From positions 21,155-85,154 of IMG/VR virus record IMGVR_UViG_3300009593_000014: a stretch of 64,000 nt of DNA, one strand, 5' to 3'. Both the position numbers and the translations under genes were made by a program. The DNA is from a virus. The notes under the pieces are model-generated. The model searched no databases. It saw only the letters and a list, made by a program, of their open reading frames with translations, and was not told the DNA's origin. Shown one piece after another: positions 10,356 to 19,476 of the stretch; positions within the stretch are counted from its first letter, which is position 1; each line of letters opens with the position of its first letter.

Positions 10356-10580
10356 TTAATTATCTCCTTTTTTTGAAACTTTATCCTCATCATTATCAGA
10401 AACCTCAAGTTCATCCTCATCATTATCAGAAACTTCTTCGTCTGATTGTTGTATAAAGCTCTGTTGTTTAGCCACTATGACGCGAAGAGCAGCAAGCTCA
10501 AGTTGATTCTTGCCTTCTGGAGAATTTTGCAACTCTGCAATTACCTCTTCTGCTGTAGGGTTAAAATTATTTGTATCCAT
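10356..10580 (-). CDS. Hypothetical protein with 30-bp internal duplication
   Basis: EVSDNDED occurs twice (tcctcatcattatcagaaac x2 at ~10384-10433). Confidence 0.65.
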   Translation of the reverse strand: MDTNNFNPTAEEVIAELQNSPEGKNQLELAALRVIVAKQQSFIQQSDEEVSDNDEDELEVSDNDEDKVSKKGDN

Positions 10581-10642
10581 TAAAAATCCTTTCGATTACT
10601 ATATAATAGTATCATTATAACAGAAAGAATGCAACTTGCGTA

Positions 10643-13600
10643 CTAATCTGCGGTATCTATAGTTAATTTATACCAACCAGTTGTGTTATTGTTGTATACT
10701 TTTGCCTTAACTGTGTACGTTCCTGCAGTTAATTCTCTTGAGATCCAAGCATCCCAACAATTTCCGTCACTTCCGCAGTCATTACCGCAAGAACAACCGT
10801 CATCATCATCTTTTTCTATTAAATTATTGTTGCTATCGTACAGGTAAATGTAAGGATCTCCGTAATCTGCTTCTCCATTGTTAGCATTCCCTGGCCAGCC
10901 ATCACAAGTAAGCTCAGTTTCAGCCAATATGGTTACAGTTGTTGTTTCTGTAATTGTGAAAGTTACTGAGTCCTCGTTGCTGTTGAAGGTCTCAATGTCT
11001 GCAATACAGAAGTCTCCGAACCCTGTCCAGACGGTGTTATTGCCACCTGTTAGTGCGCAATCATTAGACCACGACGAAGTAGAAGATGATGTAGATGTAA
11101 CACTGTATGGATCAGACTCAGTTACTTGAACGTACCCATCACTCCACACAACCGTAGTTATATCTGTATAAGTTGTTACCGTTGTGTCTGTGGTGGTTAT
11201 ATAATCGTGCCAGTATCCATCGGTATCTTCGCTAGTAACCGTATCCGTAGTAGTAGTCGTATTCGTCCCATCCTGTCTCTGTGTCACTGTCGCAGTCCCC
11301 GGAGTCGCACATCCACTCGGTTTGTCCGGTGCTGTCATCGGAATCATCATATTCATACTCTTCGTAGAGTTCATAGTCCTCCTCTGGGTCATCGTATTCG
11401 GATTCGTCATCGAAGTCCCCATCATCATCGGACTCATCGCTCCACTCCCCCTGTTCGTAATCATCGTCCCAATCTGATTCTCCCTCCAGATGCAATCCCG
11501 ATCCGTCGCTATCAGTTCCGTAAACTCCTCCATGTTCACCCCAGTCGTAGTCACTGTCGTGATCTCCGTCGTGGGTTCCCCCCATGTCGTTTCCGTCGTA
11601 ATCTCCCCATTCGTATTCCATGTCTGGATCAGACCAATCGTATTCTCCTTCTCCGTAAAAGTCGTGTATTCCGTCAGTGTCGTAAATATGGTCGTCATCC
11701 ATATCTCCGTCATTGTCCCCCCATTGTCCGTGAAAGTCAGGGTATTCGTCGTAGAGGTACTCGTCGTATTCGGAGTAGTCGTAGTCCATGATCTCATCAT
11801 CAAACTCCTCTCCGTATTCTCCGTACTCACCAGAATCGGGGTCGTAATAGACCCTCCAGCTAAAGGGTCGTCATCACCCCAGTCGTCCCATTCCTCTTCC
11901 TCTAGGTACCACTCTTCATCGTAATCCACTTCATCCCAATACTCATCTTCCCAATACTCATCATCTATCTCCATAAGGATCTCAGTCAAGGACTCTTCAG
12001 GCTCCCAATATTCTTCTTCTTCATATTCTTCAACCCAAGAATCACCAAGCACTTCTTCTAACCTCCCTTCACTTACGGCAATGAAATACTCGGCATCAGT
12101 AGCAACCCAAGCTTCAATTTCATCTTCCTCCTGTACTATTTCCCCAATTTCTTCATCATAATAAACTTCGATAACGAGAGGAGGTGGTTCAAAATCGTCC
12201 TCACTACCTTCCTCTACAATGTAGTCTGTTAAATCAATTTCTATTTCTGCTAACTCCGTACCGTCTTCATCAATGATTCCAATTTCCATTGTTTCAAGCT
12301 CTTCCTCGTTTGTTTCTACATCATCCTCGGAAAATACAACCTCAATCTCTTGCCCCTCGTCTAGTTCAATTTCAGCCTCCAAAGCATCAATAGCAATAGA
12401 AACAGTGGCTTCTGAAACATCTCCAATCTCAAGTGACTCCTCTGAGAAGTTGATCAGGGAGTCTTCTTCGATTAGGAACGGATCATCTGACTTCTCTTCT
12501 TCAAGAGTAGCTTCTACCTGCAGGGATCGTTCTTCATCAAGTATTAGCAGAGAGAATCGATCATTAGATTCTTCTTCAACAATGTCGCTACCTGAAGTGT
12601 TCAATACACCAACATCAGCCGTAAATGTATCTACTGTTGCAGGCAAAGAAACCAATACAGGATCAGATGTGGATGGACCACTAATGAGGTATCTAAATGT
12701 AGCCCCCGGTATTTCATTTAGAAATTCTCCATCATAATAGCCAAGTCTTTGTCCTGTACTGGTCTGAACTTGTAATGTGGCTTGTTTAGAACCCGAAGAA
12801 GCAACTGTAAGTAGTGTTCCTGACTTTGTATCGCCCTCAGTGGGGCAGAAAGGGCAATTAAACGGCGGCTTGCGTGCAGTCATTGGGGTGAGTTCCATTG
12901 ACCCAGCGCCTCCTGACCACGCTGAGGAGGCTTCTGAGGGGTTTGTAGCGGCAAGGGCGTATGTCCACCCAGAATCCGTAACATCTATCCAGCGTTCGCT
13001 TGTAGGCCAGTTAGAGTCATAAATATATATCCTGTAACCAGAGACCGTCTGTTCCACTCTATATGGAGTTACAGCATGCCCTCCTTCGTCAGAATATATA
13101 CCAATAGTAAAACCTGTTGCAGACCCTCCAATAGCAGACTCTTCAAAATCCTCCAAAAGTATCCTAGCTAAATCCATAGGCTCCATTTGTCTGTATACAG
13201 AGGCTCTTTCTTGAACCTCAGGAGCAAACTGTGTAACATACCAAAAAGCAAGTTCAGACATCAAAGCAGGATCATCTTTTACTAGCTGAGACACCTCTTG
13301 CACTTGTTGAAAAGTCTGAATGCTTGACACATCCCCCGAGAGTCTCAGACTCAAAACTGCTAACCCTTCACACAAACCACCCTTCATAGATCTGTTTGCC
13401 TGAGCGATCAACTGCAATATTACAGGGAACGGAGTACATTGGTTATCAACCACGGTCTGACAGACCTGATCGTCACCATACATTCTACGAGCCATATTTA
13501 CTGTTAAGTCAGCGGGAGGCTCTCCACCGCCAAAGTTTTCAAACGAGAATGAATCATCATCTGGAACAAAGGGGATAGCCCAATCCTCTAAGACAACAGA

Positions 13601-13711
13601 TGGATCAGATGTATCTATAGTTGTTGTTGTAGCTTCAGTAGTGCTACTCTTACCTGAGCACCCTGAAAGAATTACACATGTCGCTAGTAACGCAGATAGG
13701 AGTCTTTTCAC
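10643..13711 (-). CDS. Large lipoprotein: papain-like N-domain, acidic linker, Thr-rich stalk, C-terminal PPC-like domain
   Basis: Lipobox ILSG-C. GLCEG...GHAV...IYDSN is a Cys-His-Asp-like set. C-terminal DPYIYLYD..DDDG..LTAGTYTV. Confidence 0.75.
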   Translation of the reverse strand: MKRLLSALLATCVILSGCSGKSSTTEATTTTIDTSDPSVVLEDWAIPFVPDDDSFSFENFGGGEPPADLTVNMARRMYGDDQVCQTVVDNQCTPFPVILQLIAQANRSMKGGLCEGLAVLSLRLSGDVSSIQTFQQVQEVSQLVKDDPALMSELAFWYVTQFAPEVQERASVYRQMEPMDLARILLEDFEESAIGGSATGFTIGIYSDEGGHAVTPYRVEQTVSGYRIYIYDSNWPTSERWIDVTDSGWTYALAATNPSEASSAWSGGAGSMELTPMTARKPPFNCPFCPTEGDTKSGTLLTVASSGSKQATLQVQTSTGQRLGYYDGEFLNEIPGATFRYLISGPSTSDPVLVSLPATVDTFTADVGVLNTSGSDIVEEESNDRFSLLILDEERSLQVEATLEEEKSDDPFLIEEDSLINFSEESLEIGDVSEATVSIAIDALEAEIELDEGQEIEVVFSEDDVETNEEELETMEIGIIDEDGTELAEIEIDLTDYIVEEGSEDDFEPPPLVIEVYYDEEIGEIVQEEDEIEAWVATDAEYFIAVSEGRLEEVLGDSWVEEYEEEEYWEPEESLTEILMEIDDEYWEDEYWDEVDYDEEWYLEEEEWDDWGDDDPLAGGSITTPILVSTENTERSLMMRSWTTTTPNTTSTSTTNTLTFTDNGGTMTEIWMTTIFTTLTEYTTFTEKENTIGLIQTWNTNGEITTETTWGEPTTEITTVTTTGVNMEEFTELIATDRDCIWRENQIGTMITNRGSGAMSPMMMGTSMTNPNTMTQRRTMNSTKSMNMMIPMTAPDKPSGCATPGTATVTQRQDGTNTTTTTDTVTSEDTDGYWHDYITTTDTTVTTYTDITTVVWSDGYVQVTESDPYSVTSTSSSTSSWSNDCALTGGNNTVWTGFGDFCIADIETFNSNEDSVTFTITETTTVTILAETELTCDGWPGNANNGEADYGDPYIYLYDSNNNLIEKDDDDGCSCGNDCGSDGNCWDAWISRELTAGTYTVKAKVYNNNTTGWYKLTIDTAD
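11232..11867 (-). CDS. Alternative -1 frame acidic C-terminal tail of the lipoprotein (frameshift product)
   Basis: Slippery C CCT TTA at 11867-11861. The -1 frame is open for 209 codons (SWRVYYDPDSGEYGEYGEEFDDEIMDYDY...GYGY*). Confidence 0.65.
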   Translation of the reverse strand, partial: PFSWRVYYDPDSGEYGEYGEEFDDEIMDYDYSEYDEYLYDEYPDFHGQWGDNDGDMDDDHIYDTDGIHDFYGEGEYDWSDPDMEYEWGDYDGNDMGGTHDGDHDSDYDWGEHGGVYGTDSDGSGLHLEGESDWDDDYEQGEWSDESDDDGDFDDESEYDDPEEDYELYEEYEYDDSDDSTGQTEWMCDSGDCDSDTETGWDEYDYYYGYGY

Positions 13712-14145
13712 TACTCATTCCCATAGCGTCCTTTCCGCTTGCGTTGATACAAGAATAGTAGTCCTATAAAAATTACTGCTACTCCTGCTATTATCATCAA
13801 CGTAATTGAACCCGAGGCTGTTGATGGATCAAGACTAAAGTTTTTAGTCCCACCACCCAGTAGGTCACTTCCAACCTGCAGGTCTGCTACGGCAGCTTCT
13901 AACTGGGCTACCTGATCTTTAAGGGCAGCTTCTTCTGCACTGGACTCCCATAGGAACCCAAACGCACCCGAAATAGCTGCTGGCAATCCCAGCACATATG
14001 CGATATTATCTTTAATTTTATCAATAATACCCATGGCTGAACTTGCATCCTTTGTTACTTTTTTTGAGGGCTTATCTCGCCCCTTCTCTAGCATTGCTTC
14101 TTGTAAATGATGCAATGCTTTACCTAAATGTTCTGATTCACTCAT
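13711..14145 (-). CDS. Membrane protein with two hydrophobic segments
   Basis: TM, coiled coil, TM, basic tail; coupled to the lipoprotein gene. Confidence 0.7.
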   Translation of the reverse strand: MSESEHLGKALHHLQEAMLEKGRDKPSKKVTKDASSAMGIIDKIKDNIAYVLGLPAAISGAFGFLWESSAEEAALKDQVAQLEAAVADLQVGSDLLGGGTKNFSLDPSTASGSITLMIIAGVAVIFIGLLFLYQRKRKGRYGNE

Positions 14146-14783
14146 GATCCCTCCATCATTGTTAGTTCTTGCTCTATAAAAGTTGTAATAATTGTTTTAT
14201 GGCCACTCAAAGGAATTTCTCCTCTGTGCGGATACAGCCAATGGACAGGGAAAATCAAAACTCTCCCAGCCTTCGGTTCAACACTTAACCCATGCTTAGT
14301 GAACGTTGTTTCGCCACCAACTTCTACATCATTCAAATACAAAAGAACTGCTAAAAAACGATCCTTTGTTGAATTGAAAGGTCCGCCATCTACATGCTCT
14401 GCATAAAAACCGTGACCTTCTTGATAGCGTTGAAGTTGAAATCCTGTATCACGCAGAGGCCATGCCAGATGAGCCAAACCGTCATATTTACTGACATAGC
14501 AGTTAAGCGCTTTGCTAATACTTTTGTGAAGTTCATCCTCGAACCATCCCAGACTGTATAAACCTTCGCCCAGATTTGCCATAGATAATCCCATATCTGA
14601 AGAATTTTTTATTCTGGTATCTACTCCCATCATAGATTTGCCTTCTGACAAAACATTGGAATCCCACAAGACATCCCAATGCTCAGTCAATGTAGCATCA
14701 ACTTTGCCGCAGATATCAGGATCAACAAACCCATCGCAAACACCTACGCCTGCCCACTTACCTAAAGGAAAATCTATGTTCAT
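14142..14783 (-). CDS. 2OG-Fe(II) oxygenase (prolyl-hydroxylase-like)
   Basis: HVD...YLND..GGET.F...H.G motifs; ATGA overlap start at 14783. Confidence 0.88.
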   Translation of the reverse strand: MNIDFPLGKWAGVGVCDGFVDPDICGKVDATLTEHWDVLWDSNVLSEGKSMMGVDTRIKNSSDMGLSMANLGEGLYSLGWFEDELHKSISKALNCYVSKYDGLAHLAWPLRDTGFQLQRYQEGHGFYAEHVDGGPFNSTKDRFLAVLLYLNDVEVGGETTFTKHGLSVEPKAGRVLIFPVHWLYPHRGEIPLSGHKTIITTFIEQELTMMEGS

Positions 14784-15544
14784 GAGCCTGTCGGCATAAA
14801 CCCAATCAATGCCGTTTTTTGTATTAAAGGAAGCAACCATTCCTCTACTATAGTGCCTGAAATGTCAGGAGGGTCTTCTGCTACCTGAGCATCAGTCTTA
14901 CCTTCCAAATACTTCTGGACCTTATTAGGAGGAACGTTTGTCCAAATCCAATCTCTAACATCATCTGGCATCTCTAACCCTGCAAGCATGTTTCTACAAA
15001 CATCAACCATAGGTTCAGTGGAGCCAAAGTCAGAACCTGCAACTTCCCATTCCATCATTAAGCGTAAAAGTTCCTGTATCGTTCTTGTTCCAGCAGAATG
15101 ACGACCAGCAACCACCCTATTCTCTGCTTCTGAATCAGCCGACTCAATATAAATAACCATTCCACCACATTCTGGGTTACCGAAAACAGCGCCTAGGTAA
15201 GTCAATTCATTAAAAGGTAAATCGTGGTTACCTGTTAAAGAGTATGGTGGAGTATTTGCTCCACAGTTGCATGTTTGAGATGCCTCGTCCCAAAGGTGAA
15301 ATGCCTTAGGGCCGTATTGATTTTGCCCTGAATCGCAACGTCTGTGCATTTCACCATCTGAACCAAGTTCTTCTTGCTCATATATATCAGGTATTAACTG
15401 TACAAAAGCAAAAAAACCTTTAGTGTTATCCACAGTCCAAGTAGAACCGTCTTCAGTAATAGTCCTAGCAGGCAACTTATTGAAGTAACCCACACCACCA
15501 AGATGCTGAGGCTGATCAGCGAACGGAACCATGATCTCTTCCAT
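14780..15544 (-). CDS. Hypothetical protein downstream of tail fibre (possible fibre chaperone)
   Basis: 254-aa ORF coupled to the fibre stop codon. Confidence 0.6.
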   Translation of the reverse strand: MEEIMVPFADQPQHLGGVGYFNKLPARTITEDGSTWTVDNTKGFFAFVQLIPDIYEQEELGSDGEMHRRCDSGQNQYGPKAFHLWDEASQTCNCGANTPPYSLTGNHDLPFNELTYLGAVFGNPECGGMVIYIESADSEAENRVVAGRHSAGTRTIQELLRLMMEWEVAGSDFGSTEPMVDVCRNMLAGLEMPDDVRDWIWTNVPPNKVQKYLEGKTDAQVAEDPPDISGTIVEEWLLPLIQKTALIGFMPTGS

Positions 15545-18500
15545 TAGGTTTTAATAATGAAACCAAATGGTTCCACATCCATAGTTGTATTGACTGTCGC
15601 GGACGACAAAGAGTGGTTATGGTTCGCAGAATTGTTTCCAGTAGTCACATTGTGTGTATGGTTGTGAGTTGGGTCACCAAGAGAAACTGTATGCGAATGA
15701 TTCCCATAACTATTTGTGGTGTGCGTGTGCCAAGAAGAAACATTCCCAGTGGCATTGCTTGTTTGACTACCAGAGTTACTCTTACTGTAATTATGCGAGT
15801 GGTTAGAAGAAGGGTTGCCAGTGTTATGACTATGCGCCCCAGTGTTAGAAGTATTTCCATTATGTGTGTGGTTAGCCGACTGATTACCTGACGTACCATT
15901 ATGAGTATGGTCAGCGGACTGATTACCCAAAGCTAAAGCATCTAAAGAAGAAGAACCAGCCAAAGTAGTAGCAGACGGAGTAGTGCTCAAAGCAATACCC
16001 ATCGCCAACCTATCAACAGGGTTAGGCAAATTAAACGTAGAAGAACCATCACCAGCACCATAACGAGTACCTATAACCGCAAACAAACCAGAATAAGTTG
16101 ATCTTGAAACTGCTGAGCCATCACACTCAAGCCATCCAGTAGGGGCAGAAGACCCAGACCACATGACGACTGCACCTGTAGGGGACCCAGCAGCACCGAT
16201 TCTGTCATCAATAGCAGCGCTAGTCATCAAAGAAGTGTCATTATCAGCAAACGACTCACCAGAAGTCTGAACCGCTGTGATCCCAACCGAATCCATCGTA
16301 ACCGTACCAGACACAGTAAGAGCGCTAAGAGTACCCACACTCGTGAGTGAAGAAGTCACAACATTAGACTTCAACTCCGTACCAGTCAACGTTCCAGCAG
16401 CAGCCGTAACCGTGATATCGCCTGTTCCATCAAAATCAACACCATTAATTGCTCTAGCTGTAGCCAACGCAGTCGCTGTTGCTGCATTCCCTGTTGTGTC
16501 TTGATTAAGCGTTCCAATCACAAAATCTAAAGTATTATCTGCATCCTCATAAGTAACAGCAATGCCTGTCTCAGTATTGCTTGTTACCATTCCGCCTACT
16601 GTGTCAGCAATATATTCGCTTAACGCTGTGCCATTTACAGTTATTGCATCAGCCTCTAGAGTTCCATCAACATCTACATTTCCAGTAACATCTGCATCAC
16701 CCGCAACGCTTAAGCTTGTACCATTAATCAATTGAAGAGTTGTGCTATTCCATCTTCCTGAAATATTTTGAGAACCTGCTTTAACGTGAGCAAATTCTAT
16801 GATGCCATCTTCAGAGCCATCTGATGCGTCTGAAATTTTACCTGTTATTTTCGCATAATTAACTTTTTGATCATTGTCATTTTCACCTTGAAATTTAATT
16901 TGACCAAGATAATCAGCATCGGCTGGTGAAGAACTATTCCTATACAACTCAATTATTGGACCGGCATCACTTCCTGTTTCATAGCTATTTAATGATAAAA
17001 TATCGCCAGCACTGATGTTTCCACCGACACTTAAATTACCAGATGATGGATTGTATGTAAATCCAGCGTCTGACTCTACTCCTTGCGTACCTGAAAATCC
17101 ATCCGCAAATAAAGGATATACAGTCTCATCTGCTGAACTTGACGTAACAGTGATTGATGTCGCCAAAGCCGCTGTACCTGAAGTATCCTGATTAAGGGTG
17201 CCAACAACAAAATCTAAAGTGTTATCGCTATCGTCATAAGTAACAGCAATTCCAGTTTCGGTATTACTTGTGACCATAGCGCCAACAGTATCAGCGATAG
17301 TTTCAGCCAAAGAAGTTCCATCAATAGTTAAAGCATCAGCTTCTAGCGTTCCATCAACATCTACGTTTCCAGATATATCTAACGATGCAGCAACTAATTC
17401 TCCCCCTATAGTAAGATTTCCAGAAGAAGGGTTGTATGTTAATCCAGTGTCAGTCTCTATGTCTTGCGTTCCTGTTGCCGCATCAACAAAGACAGGATAT
17501 ACAGTCTCATCAGTTGAATTATTTGCTGTAACAGTAACTGTAGTAGCCAGAGCCGCTGTACCTGAAGTATCCTGATTACCGGCTGTACTGACTCCCGGAA
17601 GGTCAATATCTGCTGTTCCACTGAAAGAAACTCCACCAATAGTTCTTGGAGTTTCCAGCGCTGTAGCAGTAGCAGCATTTCCAGTAGTATTCTGATTACC
17701 GGCTGAATTAACACCCGGGAGATCAATATTGGAAGTACCATCAAAAGAAACCCCACCAATGCTTCTTGAAGTTTCTAACGCTGTAGCAGTTGCTGCATTA
17801 CCTGTCGCATTGCCTGTCACATTGCCTGTCACATTGCCTGTCACATTGCCTGTAATATTTCCAGCAAAAGAGGTAGATGTTAAAACGTTCGTACTTGGAT
17901 TATAGGTGAGAGTAGAGTCCAACTCTATTCCTTTAGACGACCCAGATCCGTCAACAAAAGCAATGAACACCATTTCGTCTGTAGTTAAATTATTAGTCAC
18001 TGTAACATTAGTAGCAGTTGTAGCAGTTGTAGCCGTAGCAGCGTTGCCCGAAGTGTCTTGGTTACCGGCAGTATTTACACCCGGAAGGTCAATATTTGCT
18101 GTCCCATTGAAAGAAACACCACCAATAGTTCTAGCAGTCTCAAGGGCTGTAGCAGTAGCGGCATTGCCGGTAGTGTCTTGATTGAGAGTGCTCACTACAA
18201 AGTCTAACGTATTGTCAGAATCTTCATAAGTAACTGAAATTCCAGTTTCAGTATTGCTTCCAACCATAGCGCCGATAGTGTCTGCTATATATTCGTTCAA
18301 TGCGGTACCATCTACAGTTATTGCATCTGCTTCTAAAGTACCATCAATATCGGCATTACCAGAAATATTTAAATCAACTATATAGGCTTCTGCCCATTCT
18401 TTTAATGAAGATCCAAGCTTATATCCTTCATCAGCATAAGGCTCAATACCGCTTGAAGTAAATGATACTTCATAGTTACTATTTGCCCTAATATAAATAT

Positions 18501-19422
18501 CACTCTCACATTCAATGAACATATTGCCACCAACAACATGATTTTTGAGATACCAGTTGGAATTATTGTTGTACCCAAAATAACCTAATTCAGTTCCATC
18601 ATCATCTGTAAAAAGAACCTTAGCGCCCTTATTCGTCCCACCTTGATGACCAATCTCAAGCGCCGTGGGATCAGTGTTAGTGGTGCCCCCTCTAACAACC
18701 ACTCTTTTCATTGGGGAAGTTTGGTCAGCAGTAGTGACCCAAAACTCTATATCAGACGGAGTATAGTTATCAGAATAAAAGTTTTCTCCTACTATAGCTT
18801 TAATTGCAGCAGAATGAAAGTACCCACCGCTGGCTGTCTGTCCATAGAAGTCTATTTGCCCATAGACGGAATCGATGTCAAGCCTTGCAGCGCCAGCAGC
18901 CTCAGACTTATAAAAAGCGATGTTACCAGAATGCGCTTCAGTATCACTGGCTACATCTAGTTTAATGCCTGTATTGGCACCACTTTTTGTCATGGTGATT
19001 AAAGAAGAACCATCATAAACAAGATTAGCGTTCCCTCCAAAGCTTCCACTGTTATTAAACTGAATTTGTGTATTTGAACCACCGGGAGAACCACCGCCAC
19101 CAGACTGATTTGCCCACGAAATAGAACCAGAACCATCTGTAACCATTACTTGATCTGCTGAGCCATCAGCAGTTGGCAATGTAAACTCGCCAGTAACTGC
19201 CAAAGAAGCAGCCGTAAAAGCATCGTCAGTTTTAAGAGTGTTTGCGGAGGCTCTGTATAAAGTAGTATCACCTGTAGCAGCACCAGAACTCCAAGTTAAT
19301 TTACCACCAACATCAATAGAAAGTCTAGATTGGCTATCACCAGTAACTTTGGTTCTAATTGCTTCAGAAGCAGCAGATGCTGCATCGTCTATAGAAATTA
19401 CTGTTTTAAATGATTTAGCCAC
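15544..19422 (-). CDS. Long tail fibre with internal repeats, tail-collar domain and HxH needle
   Basis: Repeats MV.SNTETGI.VTY.D.DNTLDF x3 and GNAATATALET.RTIGGVSF. Collar motif PTGWLECDGSAVSRSTY..LFAVIGT.YG. Multiple HTH/HSH motifs. Confidence 0.88.
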   Translation of the reverse strand: MAKSFKTVISIDDAASAASEAIRTKVTGDSQSRLSIDVGGKLTWSSGAATGDTTLYRASANTLKTDDAFTAASLAVTGEFTLPTADGSADQVMVTDGSGSISWANQSGGGGSPGGSNTQIQFNNSGSFGGNANLVYDGSSLITMTKSGANTGIKLDVASDTEAHSGNIAFYKSEAAGAARLDIDSVYGQIDFYGQTASGGYFHSAAIKAIVGENFYSDNYTPSDIEFWVTTADQTSPMKRVVVRGGTTNTDPTALEIGHQGGTNKGAKVLFTDDDGTELGYFGYNNNSNWYLKNHVVGGNMFIECESDIYIRANSNYEVSFTSSGIEPYADEGYKLGSSLKEWAEAYIVDLNISGNADIDGTLEADAITVDGTALNEYIADTIGAMVGSNTETGISVTYEDSDNTLDFVVSTLNQDTTGNAATATALETARTIGGVSFNGTANIDLPGVNTAGNQDTSGNAATATTATTATNVTVTNNLTTDEMVFIAFVDGSGSSKGIELDSTLTYNPSTNVLTSTSFAGNITGNVTGNVTGNVTGNATGNAATATALETSRSIGGVSFDGTSNIDLPGVNSAGNQNTTGNAATATALETPRTIGGVSFSGTADIDLPGVSTAGNQDTSGTAALATTVTVTANNSTDETVYPVFVDAATGTQDIETDTGLTYNPSSGNLTIGGELVAASLDISGNVDVDGTLEADALTIDGTSLAETIADTVGAMVTSNTETGIAVTYDDSDNTLDFVVGTLNQDTSGTAALATSITVTSSSADETVYPLFADGFSGTQGVESDAGFTYNPSSGNLSVGGNISAGDILSLNSYETGSDAGPIIELYRNSSSPADADYLGQIKFQGENDNDQKVNYAKITGKISDASDGSEDGIIEFAHVKAGSQNISGRWNSTTLQLINGTSLSVAGDADVTGNVDVDGTLEADAITVNGTALSEYIADTVGGMVTSNTETGIAVTYEDADNTLDFVIGTLNQDTTGNAATATALATARAINGVDFDGTGDITVTAAAGTLTGTELKSNVVTSSLTSVGTLSALTVSGTVTMDSVGITAVQTSGESFADNDTSLMTSAAIDDRIGAAGSPTGAVVMWSGSSAPTGWLECDGSAVSRSTYSGLFAVIGTRYGAGDGSSTFNLPNPVDRLAMGIALSTTPSATTLAGSSSLDALALGNQSADHTHNGTSGNQSANHTHNGNTSNTGAHSHNTGNPSSNHSHNYSKSNSGSQTSNATGNVSSWHTHTTNSYGNHSHTVSLGDPTHNHTHNVTTGNNSANHNHSLSSATVNTTMDVEPFGFIIKT
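17801..17853. repeat. 12-bp tandem repeat (GNVT codons) in tail fibre
   Basis: cctgtcgcattg-cctgtcacattg x3-cctgt. Confidence 0.85.
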
Positions 19423-19476
19423 GACCTCAACCGTCCTTTATAAATTATATCATCTTTTCCTCAGAAAAAATGTTTA

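Noticed and set aside
11232-11789. Independent nested gene starting at MDYDY
   Set aside because: The frame stays open upstream to a slippery site, so it is better explained as a frameshift product, though GAGGAG upstream means independent initiation is not fully excluded.
15544-19422. Diversity-generating retroelement TR/VR
   Set aside because: Repeats are in-frame protein repeats with synonymous divergence; no reverse transcriptase and no adenine-specific mismatch pattern.
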